Below, one piece after another: positions 25,186-38,662 of a stretch of 64,000 bases of DNA. The notes beneath the pieces are model-generated. The model had not been told where the DNA came from. It made no database searches and worked only from the letters and a program-made list of their open reading frames with translations. How positions within the stretch are numbered: the stretch's first letter is position 1; every line of letters starts with the position of its first letter. The stretch is from Escherichia coli (GTDB lineage Bacteria; Pseudomonadota; Gammaproteobacteria; Enterobacterales; Enterobacteriaceae): NCBI RefSeq assembly GCF_009931435.1, contig NZ_CP043414.1; one strand, 5' to 3'. Both the position numbers and the translations under genes were made by a program.

Positions 25186-26043
25186 TTAAAGCGTCCTGAA
25201 TACCAGTAACAACAAGCAAGCAAAGACCGGTACCGCAGCCGTCAGACTATCAATACGATCTAAAATACCACCGTGTCCTGGAATTAAATGACCGCTGTCC
25301 TTAATTCCTGCTTCACGCTTAAACATACTCTCGGTCAGATCGCCGAGCACTGAGGCTAACGCTGCGACAATAGAGCAAATGAGTAAGGTGACGGGAGCGA
25401 CGTCGAGATTCGCCCACATGCCATAACCCCATGAGATTACCGCTGCAGTTGCGAGTCCACCGATAAAGCCTTGCCAGGTTTTACCCGGAGAAACCTTCGG
25501 TGCCAGCTTATGTTTACCAAACAATTTGCCAAACATATATGCGCCAGAGTCAGCGCCCCATACCAGGATCATGACATAGAGCAGCCATATTGCGCCACTG
25601 TAATGATTCTCGTCGTAGTGCCAGGCCCGTAACGCCAGCATGCCCCAGAAGAAGGGAACAATGGTTAGCACGCCAAAAATAATGCGCAATGTTTTAGAGT
25701 TACGCCAGATTGCTGCGGAACCTGGGTAAAACAGCACCAGCAATAGCGCGACAATCCACCAACCCAGCGAAGCCCAAAGTGAGATTTCAACCAGCGGTTG
25801 ATGAATATTTCGGTGATATTCCGGCAACAGAAAAAGCATCAGCGCCAACAATAACCCACATAACACCGCCAACCATACTCGCTGCGAGCGAGTGGTAAAA
25901 CCGCTAAGCTGTCCCCATTCCCACGCTGCCAGCATGCAGACCACCAGCGTTACAATGGCGAACCCCACCGGCGGCAACAGAAACAACGCCGCGATGACGA
26001 CGGGTATTAACACAAAAGCAGATATCAGGCGATACTTCAGCAA
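25186..26043 (-). CDS. cdsA: CDP-diglyceride synthase
   Basis: 285-aa hydrophobic ORF; recognised CdsA. Confidence 0.93.
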
Positions 26044-26055
26044 AAGCGACCCCCA

Positions 26056-26817
26056 TCAGGCTGTTTCATCACCGGGCTCGGTGCCGCCGAAACGACGCTC
26101 TCGATTAGCAAAGGCATTTAACGCCCCTTCAAAGTCTTGTTCATCGAAATCGGGCCAGAGAACATCTGTAAAGTAAAGTTCGGCATAGGCAATTTGCCAA
26201 AGCAAAAAGTTACTAATGCGATGCTCCCCCCCAGTCCTAATTACTAAATCTACAGGGGCCAGTTCATGCATACAGACATGCTGGTTTAGCATCTCTTCAT
26301 CTATCTGATCTGGTTGCAGGTTTCCTTGCTGCACCTTTTCAGCCAGTTGCCTGACTCCCTGGACTATATCCCAACGTCCACCGTAGTTCGCCGCAATATT
26401 CAGCGTTAGACCGGTATTTCCGGCTGTTAGCGCTTCCGATTTACGAATACGTTCTTGCAAACGCGAGTTAAAGCGACTGGTATCGCCAATAATACGCAGA
26501 CGCACGTTATGTCGGTGCAGACTCTTTACTTCGCTATCAAGCGCCCACACAAACAGTTCCATTAACGCACTGACTTCCTGCGCTGGTCGGTTCCAGTTTT
26601 CACTACTAAAGGCATACAGCGTTAACGCCTCAATACCGTTGTTGGCCGCAAAAGAGACAGCCCGGCGGACGGATTTTGCCCCGGCTTTATGCCCAAAGGC
26701 ACGAATCTTCCCTTGCTTTTTTGCCCAGCGACCATTGCCGTCCATAATGATCGCAACATGACGACAGCCATGTACTGGCAATTTTTCGCTAAGTGGTTGA
26801 GTAGCAGACAACATCAC
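26056..26817 (-). CDS. uppS: Undecaprenyl pyrophosphate synthase
   Basis: 253-aa ORF, cis-prenyltransferase motifs (HVAIIMDGNGRWA); recognised UppS/IspU. Confidence 0.94.
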   Translation of the reverse strand: MMLSATQPLSEKLPVHGCRHVAIIMDGNGRWAKKQGKIRAFGHKAGAKSVRRAVSFAANNGIEALTLYAFSSENWNRPAQEVSALMELFVWALDSEVKSLHRHNVRLRIIGDTSRFNSRLQERIRKSEALTAGNTGLTLNIAANYGGRWDIVQGVRQLAEKVQQGNLQPDQIDEEMLNQHVCMHELAPVDLVIRTGGEHRISNFLLWQIAYAELYFTDVLWPDFDEQDFEGALNAFANRERRFGGTEPGDETA

Positions 26818-26862
26818 GCGTTTCTTATTCCCTGACAGGGTTTACGGTACTCAGGAATACTG

Positions 26863-26899
26863 AAGCCTATACAAAAAAAAGCCGTGTAAAACCACGGCA
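26863..26899 (-). terminator. Intrinsic terminator downstream of dxr
   Basis: Minus strand: GCCGTGGTTTTACACGGC hairpin followed by TTTTTTTT. Confidence 0.6.
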
Positions 26900-27002
26900 T
26901 ACCTGACCTTATAAAGCCAACTACTTATGGTCAGATGGCGCAGACTATATCACTGAAGCCCTACGCTAACAAATAGCACGACTCTCTGTAGCCGGATTAT
27001 CC

Positions 27003-28199
27003 TCAGCTTGCGAGACGCGTCACCTCTTTTCTGGCGACTTCACGCGCGTTCGTATCAACAGATAACACATCGTCCACGCATTGTGGTTCGCGCATATCCA
27101 TTTTTTCCAGTACGGATAAATTCAACGCGGCGATATCCGTAAAGCGGATTTGTTGCGCAAGAAAGGCTGCAACGGTGATTTCGTTTGCGGCATTCAATGC
27201 AGTCGTCGCAGCCTGGCCTTGTTCGAACGCGTCCATTGCCAGTTTAAGGCATGGATAGCGATCATAATCCGGTGCGGCAAATGTCAACGCACTGAGTTTG
27301 CAAAAATCGAGCGGCTTCACACCAGAGTTCACGCGATTCGGCCAGGCCATGGTGTGGGCAATTGGCGTACGCATATCCGGTTCACCCAACTGCGCCAGAA
27401 CACTGCCGTCCTGATAACGCACCATTGAGTGAATCACTGACTGCGGATGAATCAGCACTTCCATCTGGCTGGCACTGGCGTTAAACAACCAACGCGCTTC
27501 AATGTATTCCAGACCTTTGTTCATCATGGTAGCCGAATCGACAGAAATTTTACGCCCCATCGACCAGTTCGGATGACGGCAGGCTTGATCCGGCGTCATT
27601 GTTGCCAAATCGCGCAATGGCGTCTCACGGAAAGGGCCACCAGACCCGGTAAGCAAAATGGACACCACGCCATTTTGCTCAAGGTCAGCGTATCCCAGAT
27701 TATGCTGGATAGGTTGCGGTAAACTCTGAAAAATGGCGTTATGTTCGCTATCGACTGGTAACAATTGCGCTTTGCTCTGCTTTACGGCGTCCATAAACAG
27801 ACGTCCGCAAGTGACCAGTGATTCTTTATTGGCCAGCAAAATGGTTTTACCCGCGCGGATCGCAGCAAGCGTAGGTAACAGGCCAGCTGCGCCAACAATG
27901 GCTGCCATCACCTGATCAACATCCTCAAGCGCTGCCATATCGCAAGCGGCTTGTTGCCCACTTAAGACTTCGGTGCGGCTACCCTGTTGCTGTAGCATCG
28001 TTTTAAGAAGTTTCGCACTCGCTTCATCGTCCATTACGGCATAGCGGGGAGAGAATTCCAGGCACTGCTCTACCATGCGAGTGACATTTTTGCCTGCCAC
28101 CAGCGCAACTACGCGGAAGTGTTCGGGATTATGGCGCACCACGTCCAGCGTGCTGCAACCAATCGAGCCGGTCGAGCCCAGAATGGTGAGTTGCTTCAT
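27003..28199 (-). CDS. dxr: 1-deoxy-D-xylulose 5-phosphate reductoisomerase
   Basis: 398-aa [23 protein letters not shown]...; recognised Dxr. Confidence 0.96.
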   Translation of the reverse strand: MKQLTILGSTGSIGCSTLDVVRHNPEHFRVVALVAGKNVTRMVEQCLEFSPRYAVMDDEASAKLLKTMLQQQGSRTEVLSGQQAACDMAALEDVDQVMAAIVGAAGLLPTLAAIRAGKTILLANKESLVTCGRLFMDAVKQSKAQLLPVDSEHNAIFQSLPQPIQHNLGYADLEQNGVVSILLTGSGGPFRETPLRDLATMTPDQACRHPNWSMGRKISVDSATMMNKGLEYIEARWLFNASASQMEVLIHPQSVIHSMVRYQDGSVLAQLGEPDMRTPIAHTMAWPNRVNSGVKPLDFCKLSALTFAAPDYDRYPCLKLAMDAFEQGQAATTALNAANEITVAAFLAQQIRFTDIAALNLSVLEKMDMREPQCVDDVLSVDTNAREVARKEVTRLAS

Positions 28200-28221
28200 G
28201 AAACATCCAGAGTTGAGACAG

Positions 28222-28275
28222 AATAAAAAGCAAAACGCCGCCAGCCGATCCGCAAGGATCTACTGAGCGGCGTTT
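28222..28275 (-). terminator. Putative terminator downstream of frr
   Basis: Minus strand: AACGCCGC...GCGGCGTT long-loop hairpin (nested GATCC/GGATC stem) followed by TTGCTTTTT. Confidence 0.45.
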
Positions 28276-28290
28276 TTGTCGTTCAAGAAA

Positions 28291-28848
28291 TCAGAACTGC
28301 ATCAGTTCTGCTTCTTTGTCTGCCAGCGCCGCTTCAATTTTCTTGATTGCAGCATCAGTCAGTTTCTGTACATCGTCCTGAGAACGGCGATCGTCGTCTT
28401 CGCTGATCTCTTTATCTTTCAACAGTGCTTTCACTTTGTCGTTCGCGTCACGACGCACGTTACGTACTGCAACACGCGCTTGTTCTGCTTCACCACGAAC
28501 GATTTTGGTCAGATCTTTACGACGTTCTTCCGTCAGCGGCGGCAGCGGAACACGGATGTCGCTACCCGCAGAGTTCGGGTTCAGGCCAAGATCGGACGCC
28601 ATAATCGCTTTTTCAACGGCCGGAGACATTGAACGATCAAACACGTTGATTTTCAGAGTACGGGAATCTTCTACCGTTACGCTTGCCAGCTGACGCAGCG
28701 GCGTCGGCGTGCCGTAATATTCCACGACAATGCCATCCAGCAGGCTGGGAGAAGCACGACCCGTGCGTATTTTGCTGATTTGGGTTTTGAACGCTTCTAC
28801 GCATTTATCCATGCGTACTTCAGCATCTTTTCTGATATCGCTAATCAC
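28291..28848 (-). CDS. frr: Ribosome recycling factor
   Basis: 185-aa ORF starting at GTG ([16 protein letters not shown]...); recognised RRF. Confidence 0.96.
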
Positions 28849-29139
28849 GTTACGAATCCTTGAAAACTTGTCTCAGTCAGACCAGACAGTCACACACAGT
28901 GGAAGTGTGCTAAGTATAGCCCTGATTAAACATATTACGGGTAATCGTCTGGATTATTAGGCTATTTTATTTGCCATTTTGGCCCCGGGCAGTGCTCGCC
29001 ATCCTCACGTACTTGTGTACGCTCCGGTTGCTGCGCGCTGGCCGTGACCAAACTGCCTGCAACAATAACGCCTTATAACCAGACTTACGCCCCCGCGATA
29101 CTTACGCGGAATCTTACCCTTATTTATCCATCACGGGAA

Positions 29140-29865
29140 TTATTCCGTGATTAAAGTCCCTTCTTTTTCACCCATTACCACACGGCGCAGCGCACCCGGT
29201 TTGTTCATATTGAAAACACGAATCGGTAATTTATGGTCACGAGCCAGCGTGAAGGCCGCCAGGTCCATGACTTTCAGCTCTTTTTCCAGCACTTCGCTGT
29301 AAGTCAGTTGCTCGTACATCGTTGCGGTTGGATCTTTCGCCGGATCAGCAGTAAACACGCCGTCAACTTTGGTTGCTTTCAGCACCACATCGGCTTCAAT
29401 TTCGATACCACGCAGGCAAGCTGCAGAGTCGGTGGTAAAGAACGGGTTACCTGTACCGGCGGAGAGGATCACCACACGATTGTTGCGCAACAGGCTAATC
29501 GCTTCTGCCCAGCTGTAGCTGTCGCACACGCCATTCAATGGAATAGCGGACATCAGACGAGCGTTCACATAGGCGCGGTGCAGTGCATCACGCATTGCCA
29601 GGCCGTTCATTACGGTCGCCAGCATCCCCATGTGGTCGCCCACAACGCGGTTCATACCCGCTTTCGCCAGACCAGCGCCACGGAACAGGTTACCCCCACC
29701 AATCACCACACCAACCTGAATACCCAGTTCAACCAGTTCTTTGATTTCCTGAGCCATGCGATCCAGTATGCTTGCATCAATACCGAAGCCTTCCGTGCCC
29801 TGCAGAGCTTCGCCACTCAACTTAAGCAGAATGCGTTTATAGACGGGTTTTGCATTGGTAGCCAT
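29140..29865 (-). CDS. pyrH: UMP kinase
   Basis: 241-aa [24 protein letters not shown]...; recognised PyrH. Confidence 0.96.
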   Translation of the reverse strand: MATNAKPVYKRILLKLSGEALQGTEGFGIDASILDRMAQEIKELVELGIQVGVVIGGGNLFRGAGLAKAGMNRVVGDHMGMLATVMNGLAMRDALHRAYVNARLMSAIPLNGVCDSYSWAEAISLLRNNRVVILSAGTGNPFFTTDSAACLRGIEIEADVVLKATKVDGVFTADPAKDPTATMYEQLTYSEVLEKELKVMDLAAFTLARDHKLPIRVFNMNKPGALRRVVMGEKEGTLITE

Positions 29866-29961
29866 GTTTCTTTCCTGAGACTGTCAACGATTGAAATGAA
29901 TTAATACCGGCGACATTGTACGTCGCTTTTCAGCGCAGCCCCATAAGGGTTAGCTGAATTT

Positions 29962-29990
29962 ACAAGATGGGCGCAAAAAGAAGCCGCCCT
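29962..29990 (-). terminator. Intrinsic terminator downstream of tsf
   Basis: Minus strand: GCCGCCTGAGGGCGGC hairpin followed by TTCTTTTT. Confidence 0.65.
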
Positions 29991-30011
29991 CAGGCGGCTC
30001 CTTTTCGATAA

Positions 30012-30863
30012 TTAAGACTGCTTGGACATCGCAGCAACTTCTGCTGCAAAGTCAGTCTCAACTTTCTCGATGCCTTCACCTACTTCGAAGCGGATGAAGC
30101 CAGTCACTTCAGCGTTATGCTCTTTCAGCAGCTGACCAACAGTTTTGCTTGGTTCCATAACGAACGGCTGACCGGTCAGAGAAACTTCGCCGGTGAATTT
30201 CTTCATGCGGCCTTCAACCATTTTCTCTGCGATTTCTTTCGGCTTACCAGACTGCATCGCGATATCCAGCTGAACCTGGTATTCTTTCTCTACCACTTCA
30301 GCGGAAACGTCTTCCGGTTTGATGAATTCTGGTTTGCTTGCAGCAACGTGCATAGCGATGTGTTTAACCAGCTCTTCGTCAGCGCCTTTAGCAGCAACCA
30401 GAACGCCGATACGCGCACCGTGCTGATAAGAACCCAGAACGTCGCCTTCCAGCGCAGCAACGCGGCGAATGTTGATGTTTTCACCGATTTTCGCTACCAG
30501 CGCAACACGTTCTTCTTCGAACTGTGCTTTCAGAACTTCAACGTCAGTGATTTTGCCAGCAACAGCTGCGTCCAGAACTTTGTCTGCGAACGCCTGGAAA
30601 CCAGCGTCTTTTGCAACGAAGTCAGTCTGGCAGTTAACTTCCAGAATGATGCCGTAGTTGCCGTCGATTTTGGTTTTGATCACGCCGTCAGCAGCAACGT
30701 TGCCTGCTTTTTTCGCTGCTTTGATAGCACCGGACTTACGCATGTTTTCGATTGCCAGCTCGATGTCGCCGTTAGCTTCAGTCAGTGCTTTTTTGCAATC
30801 CATCATGCCTGCGCCAGTACGCTCACGCAGCTCTTTTACCAGGGATGCGGTAATTTCAGCCAT
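30012..30863 (-). CDS. tsf: Elongation factor Ts
   Basis: 283-aa [30 protein letters not shown]...; recognised EF-Ts. Confidence 0.97.
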
Positions 30864-30918
30864 TCTAAAATCCTCGGAGATGTGATCTGCCCGGCGTTAA
30901 ACCGCACAGATATAAAAG

Positions 30919-30946
30919 TGAAAAAGGGGGCCATATGCAGGCCCCC
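30919..30946 (-). terminator. Attenuator-type intrinsic terminator in rpsB-tsf intergenic region
   Basis: Minus strand: GGGGGCCtgcatatGGCCCCC perfect 7-bp GC stem followed by TTTTTCAC, just upstream of tsf start. Confidence 0.65.
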
Positions 30947-31030
30947 TAACCAAACGTGTACTACCTGGTCTATAAGGGCTCTCCCCCCTTCATATTTCGC
31001 GCCGCAGATGCGTTGTCTTCGCTCGCTCAT

Positions 31031-31070
31031 CCCGGTCACTTACTGATGTAAGCTCCCGGGAATTCTCGAG
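31031..31070. repeat. boxC-like imperfect palindromic repeat in rpsB-tsf spacer
   Basis: CCCGGTCACTTACTGATGTAAGCTCCCGGG palindrome; 3' arm continues into CCCGGGAATTCTCGAG. Confidence 0.5.
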
Positions 31071-31121
31071 CTTGCCGCCTTTCTGCAACTCGAACTATTT
31101 TGGGGGAGTTATCAAGCCTTA

Positions 31122-32069
<948 letters not shown>

Positions 32070-32214
32070 TCAGACGATGAATTTTCTATTATAGAAAACG
32101 TTCAGTGGCACGTTTGGCGAAATTCAGAATGATTCTCAATTTGCCCGGGTGTGATACCATTGACGACACTTACATATATATTGTCGGTATCACCGACGCT
32201 GATGGACAGAATTA

Positions 32215-33009
32215 ATGGCTATCTCAATCAAGACCCCAGAAGATATCGAAAAAATGCGCGTCGCTGGCCGACTGGCTGCCGAAGTGCTGGAAATGATCGA
32301 ACCGTATGTTAAACCGGGCGTCAGCACCGGCGAGCTGGATCGCATCTGTAATGATTACATTGTTAATGAACAACACGCGGTTTCTGCCTGCCTCGGCTAT
32401 CACGGCTATCCGAAATCCGTGTGTATCTCTATTAATGAAGTGGTATGCCACGGTATCCCTGACGACGCCAAGCTGCTGAAAGATGGCGATATCGTTAACA
32501 TCGACGTCACTGTAATCAAAGATGGTTTCCACGGCGATACCTCAAAAATGTTTATCGTCGGTAAGCCAACCATCATGGGCGAACGTCTGTGCCGCGTAAC
32601 GCAAGAGAGTCTTTACCTGGCGCTGCGCATGGTAAAACCGGGCATTAATCTGCGCGAAATCGGTGCGGCGATTCAGAAATTTGTCGAAGCAGAAGGCTTC
32701 TCCGTCGTTCGTGAATATTGCGGACACGGTATTGGTCGCGGCTTCCACGAAGAACCGCAGGTGCTGCACTATGACTCCCGTGAAACCAACGTCGTGCTGA
32801 AACCGGGGATGACCTTCACCATCGAGCCAATGGTCAACGCGGGCAAAAAAGAGATCCGCACCATGAAAGATGGCTGGACGGTAAAAACCAAAGATCGCAG
32901 CTTGTCTGCACAATATGAGCATACTATTGTGGTGACCGATAACGGCTGCGAAATTCTGACGCTACGCAAGGATGACACCATCCCGGCGATAATCTCGCAC
33001 GAAGAATAA
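32215..33009 (+). CDS. map: Methionine aminopeptidase
   Basis: 264-aa ORF MAISIKTPEDIEKMRVAGRLAAEVL...; recognised Map; divergent from rpsB. Confidence 0.96.
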   Translation: MAISIKTPEDIEKMRVAGRLAAEVLEMIEPYVKPGVSTGELDRICNDYIVNEQHAVSACLGYHGYPKSVCISINEVVCHGIPDDAKLLKDGDIVNIDVTVIKDGFHGDTSKMFIVGKPTIMGERLCRVTQESLYLALRMVKPGINLREIGAAIQKFVEAEGFSVVREYCGHGIGRGFHEEPQVLHYDSRETNVVLKPGMTFTIEPMVNAGKKEIRTMKDGWTVKTKDRSLSAQYEHTIVVTDNGCEILTLRKDDTIPAIISHEE

Positions 33010-33052
33010 GATGAAGCCGGCGAATGCCGGCTTTTTTAATACGATAATTTAA

Positions 33053-35743
<2,691 letters not shown>

Positions 35744-35773
35744 TGTGTTTACTGATATGAAAAGAGTTTAACA

Positions 35774-36598
35774 ATGCAGCAGTTACAGAACATTATTGAA
35801 ACCGCTTTTGAACGCCGTGCCGAGATCACGCCAGCCAATGCAGACACCGTTACCCGCGAAGCGGTAAATCAGGTGATCGCCCTGCTGGATTCCGGCGCAC
35901 TGCGTGTAGCGGAAAAAATTGACGGTCAGTGGGTGACGCATCAGTGGTTGAAAAAAGCGGTGCTGCTCTCTTTCCGTATTAATGATAATCAGGTGATCGA
36001 AGGGGCAGAAAGCCGCTACTTCGACAAAGTGCCGATGAAATTCGCTAACTACGATGAAGCACGTTTCCAGAAAGAAGGCTTCCGCGTCGTGCCACCAGCG
36101 GCAGTGCGTCAGGGCGCGTTCATTGCCCGTAACACCGTGCTGATGCCGTCTTACGTCAACATCGGCGCATATGTTGATGAAGGCACCATGGTTGATACCT
36201 GGGCGACCGTCGGTTCCTGTGCGCAGATTGGTAAAAACGTCCACCTTTCCGGTGGCGTGGGTATCGGCGGCGTGCTGGAGCCGCTGCAGGCTAACCCGAC
36301 CATTATTGAAGATAACTGCTTCATCGGCGCACGCTCTGAAGTGGTTGAAGGGGTGATTGTCGAAGAAGGTTCCGTCATCTCTATGGGCGTATACATTGGT
36401 CAGAGCACCCGTATTTACGACCGTGAAACCGGCGAAATCCACTACGGTCGCGTTCCGGCGGGGTCTGTGGTTGTGTCAGGTAATCTGCCGTCGAAAGATG
36501 GCAAATACAGCCTCTACTGTGCGGTTATCGTTAAGAAAGTTGACGCGAAAACTCGCGGCAAAGTTGGTATTAACGAACTGCTGCGTACCATTGACTAA
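35774..36598 (+). CDS. dapD: Tetrahydrodipicolinate N-succinyltransferase
   Basis: 274-aa [27 protein letters not shown]..., hexapeptide repeats; recognised DapD. Confidence 0.96.
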
Positions 36599-36609
36599 AA
36601 GTATGTACA

Positions 36610-36640
36610 CGGGCAGCACGACGCTGCCCGATTGCTTTCT
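36610..36640 (+). terminator. Intrinsic terminator downstream of dapD
   Basis: Hairpin CGGGCAGCacgacGCTGCCCG followed by ATTGCTTTCT. Confidence 0.6.
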
Positions 36641-36910
36641 GGTTCAGAATAATTCGTCCTACTCATTCTTCTTCCCCTTTTTTAAATACTTTTTCATCTT
36701 GTTTCGGACTGTCATGTAATTCGCAAAACAAAGATAAATGTGCTAATCCATCCCATGGAATATCGCCAGAATAAAGCAGGTAATTTTTTGATTTTTACGC
36801 CATGATAGAAGTCTGGAAGAAAAAGGCTTTCTGCGATCACAGTCGAGCCGGGCGGGCCAGGCCAAATGCTAAAATAAGCACAATTTACTGACTCATTTTG
36901 AGGTAACGCT

Positions 36911-37297
36911 ATGTACGACAATCTGAAAAGTCTGGGTATTACCAATCCTGAAGAAATTGATCGTTACAGCCTCCGGCAGGAAGCCAACAACGATATTCTG
37001 AAAATCTATTTCCAGAAAGACAAAGGCGAGTTTTTCGCCAAGAGCGTGAAATTTAAATATCCACGTCAGCGCAAAACGGTCGTCGCTGATGGTGTGGGTC
37101 AAGGTTATAAAGAAGTACAGGAAATCAGCCCGAACCTGCGGTATATCATTGATGAACTTGATCAAATCTGCCAGCGTGACCGCAGCGAGGTCGATCTTAA
37201 GCGTAAGATCCTCGACGATTTACGTCACCTGGAATCAGTCGTCACTAACAAAATCAGCGAGATTGAAGCCGATCTGGAAAAACTGACGCGTAAATAA
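36911..37297 (+). CDS. yaeH: UPF0325 protein YaeH
   Basis: 128-aa [24 protein letters not shown]...; recognised YaeH. Confidence 0.9.
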   Translation: MYDNLKSLGITNPEEIDRYSLRQEANNDILKIYFQKDKGEFFAKSVKFKYPRQRKTVVADGVGQGYKEVQEISPNLRYIIDELDQICQRDRSEVDLKRKILDDLRHLESVVTNKISEIEADLEKLTRK

Positions 37298-37310
37298 TGT
37301 CATTCTGTGG

Positions 37311-37345
37311 GCCGGGTAAAGTCTCACCCGGCTGTAATTTTGTAA
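37311..37345. terminator. Bidirectional terminator between convergent yaeH and cdaR
   Basis: Hairpin GCCGGGTaaagtctcACCCGGC flanked by T-rich (TGTAATTTTGT) sequence. Confidence 0.55.
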
Positions 37346-37350
37346 TCGAC

Positions 37351-38508
37351 CTACCGCTCTTCATCTAGTTGCAGCGCCACATACAGCAGCAACCTGTCAT
37401 CAAAATTGCCCAAATCAAGCCCGGTCAGTTCCGATATACGATTAAGCCGATACTCAAGAGTATTACGATGAATAAACAACGCCTTTGACGTTGCCAGCGG
37501 TTGCACATTGTGGCGAAACCACGCCGCCAGCGTTCGCCGCAGCAAGCCGTTATTGTCCATCGCTTTCAGCCGCGCCAGCGGTCGCGCCAGTTCGTTGGCC
37601 TGCCAGTCGCCACGCAAACTGTCTAGCAACACAGGCAACATCAAATCCTGATAAAAATAGCAGCGACTTTCGGGCATCCGCTGTTTACCCACCACCATCG
37701 TCGTTTTCGCCGTACGATAAGAGCGGGCAATACTGCCTGGTCCGGTAAAATAGTTACCCAGCGAAACGCGAAAACGTAGCTGACCATACTCTTTCATGCG
37801 GGCAATCAGTTGTTCAACTCGCTTACGATGATCTTCTGCATCCCAGCGCCCAAACGAATTCAACGCCGGTTTCAACACCACCATTTCGGTCAGTGAAACA
37901 ATCGCCACCAGATTATTACGCTCGGGCGTAGTCAGCGCGTTTTGCAGTTGCTGTAACTCCGCCATTGCGCTATCCACGCCAAGTTGACCGCTATCGACCT
38001 CAACAATAGCCACCACTCGCGGTTGATTGAGATCGATCCCCAACCGTTGCGCCCATTCAGTGAGTGCGGGAGTATTCTCCTCCGCCTGAATCAGGTTCAT
38101 CACCAACTCTTCCCGCAAACGGCTATCCTGCGCCAACAGATGCATCAACCGCGACTGTTCCAGCATCATTTCAGCCGTCATGCAGACCAGTTCGCCATAT
38201 TTACGCAGATTCTCTGGTTCACCAGTCAGGCCGATTACGCCGACAATTTCACCTTCCAGCCGTAATGGTAGATTAATCCCCTGCCGCACACCGTGCAGAT
38301 GACGTGCCACCGCGTCATCGATATCGACGACTCGTCCCTGTGAAAGTACCAGCAATGCACCTTCGTGCAATTCACCAATACGCTCACGATCGCCGCTGCC
38401 GATAATACGCCCGCGGGCATCCATTACGTTAATATTGGTATCAATGATGCGCATGGTGCGCGCCACGATATCCTGCGCCATTTTGGTATCAAGATGCCAG
38501 CCAGCCAT
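37351..38508 (-). CDS. cdaR: Carbohydrate diacid regulator CdaR (SdaR)
   Basis: 385 aa from MAGWHLDTKMAQDIVARTMRII..., C-terminal PucR-type HTH; ORF track adds 6 codons upstream. Confidence 0.9.
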   Translation of the reverse strand: MAGWHLDTKMAQDIVARTMRIIDTNINVMDARGRIIGSGDRERIGELHEGALLVLSQGRVVDIDDAVARHLHGVRQGINLPLRLEGEIVGVIGLTGEPENLRKYGELVCMTAEMMLEQSRLMHLLAQDSRLREELVMNLIQAEENTPALTEWAQRLGIDLNQPRVVAIVEVDSGQLGVDSAMAELQQLQNALTTPERNNLVAIVSLTEMVVLKPALNSFGRWDAEDHRKRVEQLIARMKEYGQLRFRVSLGNYFTGPGSIARSYRTAKTTMVVGKQRMPESRCYFYQDLMLPVLLDSLRGDWQANELARPLARLKAMDNNGLLRRTLAAWFRHNVQPLATSKALFIHRNTLEYRLNRISELTGLDLGNFDDRLLLYVALQLDEER

Positions 38509-38626
38509 AAGTCCTCCGTTATGCACGGCTTAGCATAAGGAAGTACGTAACGTACGGCATTGTGCAAATGCCCAAAGGATGAGGAAGATGTATGGAGTTG
38601 TGGTGAAGTTCACAGATTGTAAGGAG

Positions 38627-38656
38627 AACCCCTTCCCGTTTTCAGGAAGGGGTTGA
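38627..38656 (-). terminator. Putative terminator downstream of degP
   Basis: CCCCTTCCcgttttcaGGAAGGGG 8-bp stem between degP stop and cdaR start; weak U-tract. Confidence 0.5.
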
Positions 38657-38662
38657 GGAAGA

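Noticed and set aside
30117-31046. 309-aa ORF on the + strand
   Set aside because: Entirely antisense to tsf and running into the rpsB-tsf spacer; long antisense ORFs are common opposite highly expressed GC-biased genes; no RBS and no recognisable protein features.
31055-31070. CCCGGGAATTCTCGAG read as an engineered multiple-cloning-site scar
   Set aside because: It is one arm of a larger native-looking palindrome, the rpsB-tsf spacer length matches the reference within 1 bp, and no other vector-like sequence is nearby.
36802-36891. 29-codon ORF (MIEVWKKKAFCDHSRAGRARPNAKISTIY) in the dapD-yaeH spacer
   Set aside because: Too short, no convincing RBS, no recognisable similarity; more likely non-coding. 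Small-protein status cannot be excluded without ribosome profiling.
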